Positions 1 through 7,563 of a stretch of 62,632 nt of DNA are shown here, one piece after another; the first letter of the stretch is position 1, and the number at the start of each line of letters is the position of its first letter. This DNA is from an uncultured Lentisphaerales bacterium. GTDB lineage: Bacteria > Verrucomicrobiota > Kiritimatiellia > RFP12 > UBA3636. Position numbers and translations under genes: made by a program. The DNA lies in assembly GCA_964553035.1 (NCBI GenBank), contig CAZKJH010000005.1, positions 1 to 62,632 on the forward strand. The letters are read 5' to 3'. Below the pieces are notes generated by a model. It was not told where the DNA came from. It did not search any database and saw nothing but the letters and a program-made list of their open reading frames with translations.

Positions 1-100
1 TCCGTGCCTCCGCGTGAGAATTTTAACCATGAAACACATCTGCCTGTGCCGGCACGGCAGACAGGTGAAACTTCATGATTTTTAAAAAAGGGACAGCCTT

Positions 101-227
101 GAATGGCGCTAACTTAAGCCCTGTTTCCAGCTCTTACTCTTAATCCTAATCCTAATCCGTTCTGTTGAAGAGATTACGATTACGATTATGATTATGAAGG
201 AGAGATTTCCTTAAGTTAGCGCCATTC
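101..227. repeat. Composite palindromic intergenic element: 18-bp perfect inverted repeat (101-118 GAATGGCGCTAACTTAAG / 210-227) enclosing an imperfect hairpin of (TAATCC)3 and (GATTAY)4
   Basis: Read directly. The reverse complement of 101-118 equals 210-227. The inner arms 141-158 and 173-197 pair 5 of every 6 nt around the loop GTTCTGTTGAAGAG. The core recurs at 36810-36866. Confidence 0.8.
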
Positions 228-398
228 GGGACAGGCTTCTAAAAACGTGTTGCGTGTGATTTCTTCTTTGTCGTGTCTTTGTCGCGACAAAGATTCTCTT
301 GAGCGCATTAGAGGACACGGTAGAAAGAAGTGAAATCATGCATAAGTCCAATTCTGAATTCTGACTCCTGTATTCTGAATTCCAGGTGCGATTCAACT

Positions 399-3300
399 TT
401 ATTGAATCGCACCTTCCAACACCTCGCGGATTTTACGTAAGAGGTCGGCGGCCGCATAGGGTTTATTCAGCAGGTGCTGGCTCTTTCCCTTCATAAAGTC
501 GTTATGTCCATCATTCTCGCTGTAGCCACTAACAAACAGATGCCGCAGGGCGGGACGTTTATTGAGGATTTCCTCCATCGCTATTCTACCGCCCATGCGA
601 GGCATCACCACATCCGTCATCACGAGGTCGATTTCGTCAGCGTGTTCTTCGAAAACCCGCACGGCCTCTTCCCCGTCTTTCGCGGTTAAAACCTTGTAGC
701 CAGCCCGACGTAGAATCAGAGTCGCTAAGTCTAAAAGCGACTCTTCATCTTCCGCCACAAGAATCGTTTCACTACCGCCTGCGACTGGCATAGCGTTTTG
801 AGAAATCGCGTGGGTACCGCCAGCCGGGATCTGGGTGCTGACGGGCAAATAAATTTTGAACGTCGCCCCTTTGCCCGGCTCGCTATCAACCGTAATATGC
901 CCCTTGTTTTGTTTGACGATGCCATACACGGTGGCAAGACCGAGCCCAGTTCCTTTTCCCTTTTCCTTGGTGGTGAAAAACGGTTCAAAGATCTTTCCAC
1001 TGGTCTCTTTGTCCATCCCCCACCCCGTATCGGTAACACGGAGCAAAATGTAGCGCCCAAAGCGGTTCAATCCGTAAACGTCCCGTTCTTCCGGGGTGAT
1101 TGAAGCTTCCTGCGTTTCAATCGTCAGGGTTCCGCCATCAGGCATGACATCGCGTGCATTGACACAGAGGTTCATCAGCACCTGGCTGATCTGGCCCTTG
1201 TCCGTAAAAACCAGGCCCAACTCTTTTCCAGCAACGAACTTGAACTGGATGTGTTCGCCAATCAATCGCCTGAGCATTTTCTGCGAATGTTCGATCTCAT
1301 CGTTCAGATCGAGGTCGATGGGATCAATCACCTGTTGACGGCTGAAGGCCAGCAACTGCTTGACGATATTTTTGGCGCGCTGTCCCGCTTTAGAGACTTC
1401 CTCAAGACTCGCCACCGCGGCATGGTTCGGTTCCATTTTCGCACAGGCGATCTCGGTATAACCATTGATGACCTGAAGCAGGTTGTTGAAGTCGTGCGCC
1501 ACGCCGCCAACCAACTGGCCGATGGACTGCATTTTTTGCGATTGACGGATCTCCTCTTCCAGCTTGATCACGCCGGTCACATCCCGTTTGACGGCCACAT
1601 AATTGACCCTCTTTCCGGCGGCGTCTTTTACCAGCGAAATCGTTGCATCTTCGGTATAGACCGATCCGTCCTTCTTCTTGTTGACCATTCTTCCGCTCCA
1701 GATGCCTCCCGCCACGAGCGTCGCCCATAGTTCTTTGTAAAATTCGGGATCCTGCTTGCCGCTCTTGAGGATGCGCGGGTTTTGACCAATCACTTCCTCG
1801 CGCGTATATCCGGTGATTTTTTCAAAGGCCGGGTTGACGTGTTCAATTGCCCCCTCGGCATCGGTGATCATGATGATCTCCGCCGCCTGATCGATGGCAG
1901 CCATGAGTCGATCCTTTTCCGCCTCCGCCTGCTTGCGCTCAGTGATGTCGAGATAGATTCCGAGCACACCGCAGATTTCTCCATTGGCATCACGCAAGGG
2001 GATTTTACTGGTAAGTAGGGAAATCGTCTTACCGTCCGGGGTGGTTTGAGGTTCTTCGATCAAAAGCTTCGTGATTCCACTCGTGACGATCTCGCGGTCG
2101 TCGGCTTGATACCGTTCCACCCGATTGCTCCAGGGCATTTGGTAATCATCTTTCCCGATGACATCCTTTGGATCGGCAAATCCGGCATCGTGGGCAAAGA
2201 CAGCATTACAGCCCACGTAAACGAGGTTTTTATCCTTCCAGAAAACTCTCACAGGAATCGTGTTGAAAATGCCTTCAAGAAGCTGCTGCGATTCGCGTAG
2301 CGCCTTTTCGGCCTGCTTGCGTTCGGTGATATCTTGAATGGTGCCGACCAATTTCACCAGCGCATCCGTTGCATCCAATTCCAATCGACCCAATCCATGA
2401 ACCCACCGCTCGGCACGGTCGTTTTGACGGATGATGCGGTATTCCTTGTTGAAACGTTGTCTGTTTCCTATGACTTCGTCGTTAACATAGCCGCTCATCA
2501 TGGCGCGGTCGTCGGGATGAATCAGCCCCAGCCAGCCTTCTAGGCTACGTTCATAGCTTTTGTCGATCCCAAATACCGCATCCAGTGGGATCGAACTTTT
2601 CCAGCGGCCCGAAGGAATATCCAATGCATAACTCCCTAGGCAGGCGATCAATTGCGCCTCCACGAGGGATTTTTCACTCTCCTGCAAGGCAACCCGGCTT
2701 CGCGCGTCATCCTCGATAATGCTGAGCAGGGCTGTTTTCGCCTGATTACTTTCCGCTAACAGCCTGGAGACCTCTCCTTCCGTCTGTTTGCGCTCGCTGA
2801 TCTCCGTGTGGGTTCCGAACATCATCAGCGGCTGGCCGTTGCTGGTGCGGTTCAAGATCCGGCCGCGATCATGAATCCAGACCCAGTGTCCGTCCTTGTG
2901 CTTGATCCGGCATTCACAGTCATAGAAGAGCCGTTCGCCGGAAAAATGTTTTTGCAGCAGCACTTTGGCCCGCTGCAGGTCATCCGGGTGGGTTAAAGTC
3001 TCCCAGGTCTTAATCGTGACGGGAGCCAGTTCATCGAGCGTATAGCCGAGGAACTGCGCCCACCTGTCGTTGAAAACGACTTCGCCGGTCTGGACATTCC
3101 ACTCCCAGGTGCCGGCATTTGTTCCCTGAATAATGCCGGTCAGGCGATTGCGCTCGTCCCGCAGTTCACCTGTCAGTTCCTGCGCCAGCTCCTGCGCTTC
3201 TTCGCGAGTGTATAACGTCCGGATCAAGCCGAACAGCAGGAGTGAAATTAGGGTTCCGCCCGACAAAATGAACCAAACCGGTTTAGAGTGAGCGGTAAAC

Positions 3301-4226
3301 CATCCGCCATGGCGTTGAACAAAGTGCAAGGTCCAGCGATGCCCGTTGAAATCAATCGGAACCAGTGCGTCAAGATTCTCTTTCGAACCGCCGGGGCCGC
3401 TCGCGGTGGCAGAAGATTGGCAGAGCTGGTTTTGAGGCAGCGGTTGTGCGCCATCAAAAATCTGAAGGTAAAGCGAATGTTCTTTCTCCGGATTTTGGGC
3501 ACCCAATATGCCTTGCAACAGGTCTGTCATTCGATACGGGCTGTAGACCCAGCCATAGAGGGCGGCGCGGCGTTGTTCCACAGTATCGGTGGGCATGCCT
3601 TTGCGGTAAACCGGAACATACATCAACATACCGGCCTGAATGTCTTCGTCGGTTTCCTGAACCAGCACAACCTTACCGGAGAGGGTCGCCGCATCCTCGT
3701 CCCGCGCCTGTTCCATGGCGGCGCGGCGCACCGGTTCCGAGAACATATCATAGCCGAAGGCCCGCTGGTTGCGCGCATCAAAGGGTTCCAGATAGATGAT
3801 GGCGGAATAGATCTCCCGCTCCCCTGCCGGATTGATTGTGTATGCCGGGAACCCTTCGCTACGGACATCCTGGATATGCTGTGCCAGCTCTTCCGGCTGG
3901 ATCAGCCGTGAGAACCCAATTCCTTGAATGCCGGGCAGCGTCTGCTCAACTTGCTGGAGTTGGGTGTAGATACGCCATCCTTCGCGCGTGACGTTGTCGG
4001 AGGCATTACAGAACGCCACACCACTGCGTAAAATGCGAGCGTGGTCGTAAAGGCGCTCTGTGATCCTATTTTGAATTTCGTTGCAGTGGCGATCGAACTC
4101 CCGTTTTACATCCCGCTCCACGGTTGCGTGCATATACAGGGTTGCCGCGCCGACAAGTGTCAGCCCGACCACCAGCACAAGCCAAGACGAGAGGTTGCTC
4201 CAATGGGCAGAGTGATTGGTGCTCAT
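399..4226 (-). CDS. Hybrid sensor histidine kinase (TM-CHASE-TM, multiple PAS, HisKA, HATPase_c, receiver)
   Basis: 1275-aa ORF. A CHASE-like periplasmic segment lies between hydrophobic helices (LSSWLVLVVGLTLVGAATLY and VWFILSGGTLISLLLFGLI). PAS linkers of the ITERKQAE type recur. H-box is VAHDFNNLL and G-box is GTGLGLATVYGIV. The receiver reads ILVAEDEE...DLVMTDVVMPRMGG. AAGGAG lies 6 nt upstream of the ATG, and the start overlaps the upstream gene as ATGA. Confidence 0.9.
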   Translation of the reverse strand: MSTNHSAHWSNLSSWLVLVVGLTLVGAATLYMHATVERDVKREFDRHCNEIQNRITERLYDHARILRSGVAFCNASDNVTREGWRIYTQLQQVEQTLPGIQGIGFSRLIQPEELAQHIQDVRSEGFPAYTINPAGEREIYSAIIYLEPFDARNQRAFGYDMFSEPVRRAAMEQARDEDAATLSGKVVLVQETDEDIQAGMLMYVPVYRKGMPTDTVEQRRAALYGWVYSPYRMTDLLQGILGAQNPEKEHSLYLQIFDGAQPLPQNQLCQSSATASGPGGSKENLDALVPIDFNGHRWTLHFVQRHGGWFTAHSKPVWFILSGGTLISLLLFGLIRTLYTREEAQELAQELTGELRDERNRLTGIIQGTNAGTWEWNVQTGEVVFNDRWAQFLGYTLDELAPVTIKTWETLTHPDDLQRAKVLLQKHFSGERLFYDCECRIKHKDGHWVWIHDRGRILNRTSNGQPLMMFGTHTEISERKQTEGEVSRLLAESNQAKTALLSIIEDDARSRVALQESEKSLVEAQLIACLGSYALDIPSGRWKSSIPLDAVFGIDKSYERSLEGWLGLIHPDDRAMMSGYVNDEVIGNRQRFNKEYRIIRQNDRAERWVHGLGRLELDATDALVKLVGTIQDITERKQAEKALRESQQLLEGIFNTIPVRVFWKDKNLVYVGCNAVFAHDAGFADPKDVIGKDDYQMPWSNRVERYQADDREIVTSGITKLLIEEPQTTPDGKTISLLTSKIPLRDANGEICGVLGIYLDITERKQAEAEKDRLMAAIDQAAEIIMITDAEGAIEHVNPAFEKITGYTREEVIGQNPRILKSGKQDPEFYKELWATLVAGGIWSGRMVNKKKDGSVYTEDATISLVKDAAGKRVNYVAVKRDVTGVIKLEEEIRQSQKMQSIGQLVGGVAHDFNNLLQVINGYTEIACAKMEPNHAAVASLEEVSKAGQRAKNIVKQLLAFSRQQVIDPIDLDLNDEIEHSQKMLRRLIGEHIQFKFVAGKELGLVFTDKGQISQVLMNLCVNARDVMPDGGTLTIETQEASITPEERDVYGLNRFGRYILLRVTDTGWGMDKETSGKIFEPFFTTKEKGKGTGLGLATVYGIVKQNKGHITVDSEPGKGATFKIYLPVSTQIPAGGTHAISQNAMPVAGGSETILVAEDEESLLDLATLILRRAGYKVLTAKDGEEAVRVFEEHADEIDLVMTDVVMPRMGGRIAMEEILNKRPALRHLFVSGYSENDGHNDFMKGKSQHLLNKPYAAADLLRKIREVLEGAIQ

Positions 4227-6014
4227 GAGTTCTCCTTGCGTTCAGAGCTTTCGAGTGCGCCATAAAGCGGCGGTTCGCCCAGACGGGCGGCGAGCTCATT
4301 GACCTCGGTTTTTAATTCGGCGACCCGCCCTTCGCGTACAACCGTCGCCGTCTGCCAGAGCTGCAGCTCTTCCAGTTTGAATCGCAACGCCTCTTCGTTC
4401 TGTTTGCGCTCGCTGATCTCCGTGTGGGTTCCGAACATCATCAGCGGCTGGCCGTTGCTGGTGCGGTTCAAGATCCGGCCGCGATCATGAATCCAGACCC
4501 AGTGTCCGTCCTTGTGCTTGATCCGGCATTCACAGTCATAGAAGAGCCGTTCGCCGGAAAAATGTTTTTGCAGCAGCACTTTGGCCCGCTGCAGGTCATC
4601 CGGGTGGGTTAAAGTCTCCCAGGTCTTAATCGTGACGGGAGCCAGTTCATCGAGCGTATAGCCGAGGAACTGCGCCCACCTGTCGTTGAAAACGACTTCG
4701 CCGGTCTGGACATTCCACTCCCAGGTGCCGGCATTTGTTCCCTGAATAATGCCGGTCAGGCGATTGCGCTCGTCCCGCAGTTCACCTGTCAGTTCCTGCG
4801 CCAGCTCCTGCGCTTCTTCGCGAGTGTATAACGTCCGGATCAAGCCGAACAGCAGGAGTGAAATTAGGGTTCCGCCCGACAAAATGAACCAAACCGGTTT
4901 AGAGTGAGCGGTAAACCATCCGCCATGGCGTTGAACAAAGTGCAAGGTCCAGCGATGCCCGTTGAAATCAATCGGAACCAGTGCGTCAAGATTCTCTTTC
5001 GAACCGCCGGGGCCGCTCGCGGTGGCAGAAGATTGGCAGAGCTGGTTTTGAGGCAGCGGTTGTGCGCCATCAAAAATCTGAAGGTAAAGCGAATGTTCTT
5101 TCTCCGGATTTTGGGCACCCAATATGCCTTGCAACAGGTCTGTCATTCGATACGGGCTGTAGACCCAGCCATAGAGGGCGGCGCGGCGTTGTTCCACAGT
5201 ATCGGTGGGCATGCCTTTGCGGTAAACCGGAACATACATCAACATACCGGCCTGAATGTCTTCGTCGGTTTCCTGAACCAGCACAACCTTACCGGAGAGG
5301 GTCGCCGCATCCTCGTCCCGCGCCTGTTCCATGGCGGCGCGGCGCACCGGTTCCGAGAACATATCATAGCCGAAGGCCCGCTGGTTGCGCGCATCAAAGG
5401 GTTCCAGATAGATGATGGCGGAATAGATCTCCCGCTCCCCTGCCGGATTGATTGTGTATGCCGGGAACCCTTCGCTACGGACATCCTGGATATGCTGTGC
5501 CAGCTCTTCCGGCTGGATCAGCCGTGAGAACCCAATTCCTTGAATGCCGGGCAGCGTCTGCTCAACTTGCTGGAGTTGGGTGTAGATACGCCATCCTTCG
5601 CGCGTGACGTTGTCGGAGGCATTACAGAACGCCACACCACTGCGTAAAATGCGAGCGTGGTCGTAAAGGCGCTCTGTGATCCTATTTTGAATTTCGTTGC
5701 AGTGGCGATCGAACTCCCGTTTTACATCCCGCTCCACGGTTGCGTGCATATACAGGGTTGCCGCGCCGACAAGTGTCAGCCCGACCACCAGCACAAGCCA
5801 AGACGAGAGGTTGCTCCAATGGGCAGAGTGATTGGTGCTCATGAGTTCTCCTTGCGTTCAGAGCTTTCGAGTGCGCCATAAAGCGGCGGTTCGCCCAGAC
5901 GGGCGGCGAGCTCATTGACCTCGGTTTTTAATTCGGCGACCCGCCCTTCGCGTCCAAGCGTCGCCGTCTGCCAACGTTGCAACTCTTCCATCTTAACTCG
6001 CAACGCCTCTTCGG
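2783..6014. repeat. Tandem direct duplication, 2 x 1616 bp (2783-4398 and 4399-6014)
   Basis: Every six-frame ORF in copy 1 reappears with an identical translation at +1616 (for example 2808->4424, 3248->4864, 3288->4904, 4066->5682). By inspection identity starts at 2783/4399 and ends at 4337/5953. The last 61 bp of each unit differ at 11 positions. Confidence 0.9.
4223..5842 (-). CDS. Truncated CHASE-PAS sensor paralog without output domain (product of the tandem duplication)
   Basis: 539-aa ORF. About the first 480 aa are identical to the N-terminus of the 399..4226 product (TM-CHASE-TM-PAS1). After ...THTEISERKQ it switches to the tail NEEALRFKLEELQLWQTATVVREGRVAELKTEVNELAARLGEPPLYGALESSERKENS, which is shared with the REC/PAS protein. 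ATGA overlaps occur at both ends. Confidence 0.75.
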   Translation of the reverse strand: MSTNHSAHWSNLSSWLVLVVGLTLVGAATLYMHATVERDVKREFDRHCNEIQNRITERLYDHARILRSGVAFCNASDNVTREGWRIYTQLQQVEQTLPGIQGIGFSRLIQPEELAQHIQDVRSEGFPAYTINPAGEREIYSAIIYLEPFDARNQRAFGYDMFSEPVRRAAMEQARDEDAATLSGKVVLVQETDEDIQAGMLMYVPVYRKGMPTDTVEQRRAALYGWVYSPYRMTDLLQGILGAQNPEKEHSLYLQIFDGAQPLPQNQLCQSSATASGPGGSKENLDALVPIDFNGHRWTLHFVQRHGGWFTAHSKPVWFILSGGTLISLLLFGLIRTLYTREEAQELAQELTGELRDERNRLTGIIQGTNAGTWEWNVQTGEVVFNDRWAQFLGYTLDELAPVTIKTWETLTHPDDLQRAKVLLQKHFSGERLFYDCECRIKHKDGHWVWIHDRGRILNRTSNGQPLMMFGTHTEISERKQNEEALRFKLEELQLWQTATVVREGRVAELKTEVNELAARLGEPPLYGALESSERKENS

Positions 6015-7563
6015 CCTTCTTGCGCTCGGTGATGTCTGTATCCACACCCCGATAGCCCAGAAATTCTCCGTCATTGCCGAAAATCGGCGCTCCGCTGGTC
6101 CGCATACAGACTCTTCGACCCTCTTTAGTTAGGCTCCAGTTTTCCAAATCCTGGAACGCTTTCTTGCCCCTGACAATCTCACCGAAGATGGCTCCGACCC
6201 GCTTGGCTTCATCGGCGGGCATGAAATCTAAGGGGGTCTTCCCTAGAATTTCACCCTCCTGATAGCCCAGTGTGGTTTTAAATTTTCCGGCGATGTAGGT
6301 GTAGATGCCATTCGTGTCCACCTGCCATATCCAATCAGACATGCTTTCGACAATGTCCCTGAAACGCGCCTCGCTTTCATGTAGCATCTGCTCCGCCTGC
6401 TTGCGCTCGGTGATGTCGATGCCGGTGCCCACCAGGAACGGCCGACCCGCGACCATCATGCGCCGCCCCGTCATCATCATCCAGATGCTGTTCGGCCCGC
6501 CGTGTAGCAGCACCCGACCTTCCACGATCTCATCCTTGCCGTTCTGCAATACATTCACGATGCTCGATTGGATGAGGGCCCGGTCTTCCGGGTGGATGGT
6601 CTCGATCGCGTTCAGGCCCGTCATCTGCTCGTCCGTCTTGCCGGCAATGACATCACGCTGAAAGCTGTTCCAGCGTGCGTAGCGTCCGTGTTCGTCGAGT
6701 AGGTAGAAGGTGCCGGGGATACTGTCGATAACGGCGTTGCTGAGGGCTTGCTCGTTTTGGGCCGCCACCTCCGTCTGTTTGCGCACGGTGATGTCTGTGA
6801 AAGAGGTGGCAAACTTGTTTTCGCCGGTGCGAAAGGCCGTCACATCAAAATGCCGGTCAAGCGATGCGGAGTAATCCTCAAAATGCATCGACTCCCCAGT
6901 TTCAACCACGCGACCATACCGTTCGAGCCACTGTGGTTCCAATCCCGGAATAACTTCCCGGACGGTCTTGCCGACGATGTCTTCCGCCCGAAGATTCAGA
7001 AGCGTTTCGAAGGCCGGGTTCACGGCCAAAAAACGATAGTCCACGGGCTTGCCCCTGCCATCAAAAATCATTTCATGCACGGCGAAACCGGAAAGCATCT
7101 TTTCAAAAAGCAGTTGGTAGTCCTGCCGCACCTGATCGGCCGTGCGGCGCAATTGGGCCTCGGCCCGACTGATCCGCAGGGCCACCTTGACGTGCGCCAC
7201 CAGCTCATCATTATCCAACGGACGGGTCAGGAAGTCGTCGGCACCGACATCCAACCCCTTGGCCTTGAAGCTGGAGGAGGCTTCGTGCGAGGTCACCAGA
7301 ATCACGGGGATATGCCGGGTCGCTTCCGTCGATTTTATTTTTTGGCACAATTCGATGCCGTTCAGGACCGGCATCTGCACATCGAAAATGGCGGCGGAAA
7401 CATTCACCGTGCGAACATAATCCATGACCTCGGTTGGTTTCTGAAAGGTGACGATCTCAACCTGCGGCAGCGCCCTTTGGAGCACCTTTTTCATGACCAC
7501 CAGATTATCCGGGGTGTCGTCCACCAACAGCAGGGTCTCAGCATCTGTCTTTGGTTTGTTCAT
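5839..7563 (-). CDS. Response-regulator receiver fused to three PAS domains, no recognisable output domain
   Basis: I moved the start to the ATG at 7563 (MNKPKTDAETLLLVDD...), which overlaps the upstream stop as TAATG. The receiver reads LLVDDTPDN...FDVQMPVLNG. PAS segments are separated by ITVRKQTE, ITERKQAE and ITERKKAE. The C-terminal tail is ...RVAELKTEVNELAARLGEPPLYG. Confidence 0.85.
   Translation of the reverse strand: MNKPKTDAETLLLVDDTPDNLVVMKKVLQRALPQVEIVTFQKPTEVMDYVRTVNVSAAIFDVQMPVLNGIELCQKIKSTEATRHIPVILVTSHEASSSFKAKGLDVGADDFLTRPLDNDELVAHVKVALRISRAEAQLRRTADQVRQDYQLLFEKMLSGFAVHEMIFDGRGKPVDYRFLAVNPAFETLLNLRAEDIVGKTVREVIPGLEPQWLERYGRVVETGESMHFEDYSASLDRHFDVTAFRTGENKFATSFTDITVRKQTEVAAQNEQALSNAVIDSIPGTFYLLDEHGRYARWNSFQRDVIAGKTDEQMTGLNAIETIHPEDRALIQSSIVNVLQNGKDEIVEGRVLLHGGPNSIWMMMTGRRMMVAGRPFLVGTGIDITERKQAEQMLHESEARFRDIVESMSDWIWQVDTNGIYTYIAGKFKTTLGYQEGEILGKTPLDFMPADEAKRVGAIFGEIVRGKKAFQDLENWSLTKEGRRVCMRTSGAPIFGNDGEFLGYRGVDTDITERKKAEEALRVKMEELQRWQTATLGREGRVAELKTEVNELAARLGEPPLYGALESSERKENS

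Noticed and set aside
141-158. (TAATCC)3 as a telomere-like or replication-related repeat
   Set aside because: There are only three units. They are clearly one arm of a hairpin whose other arm is (GATTAY)4, and the same structure recurs internally at 36.8 kb.
211-396. 61-aa minus-strand ORF downstream of the CHASE kinase
   Set aside because: It overlaps the palindromic element, has no ribosome-binding site, and is low-complexity. It is probably non-coding.
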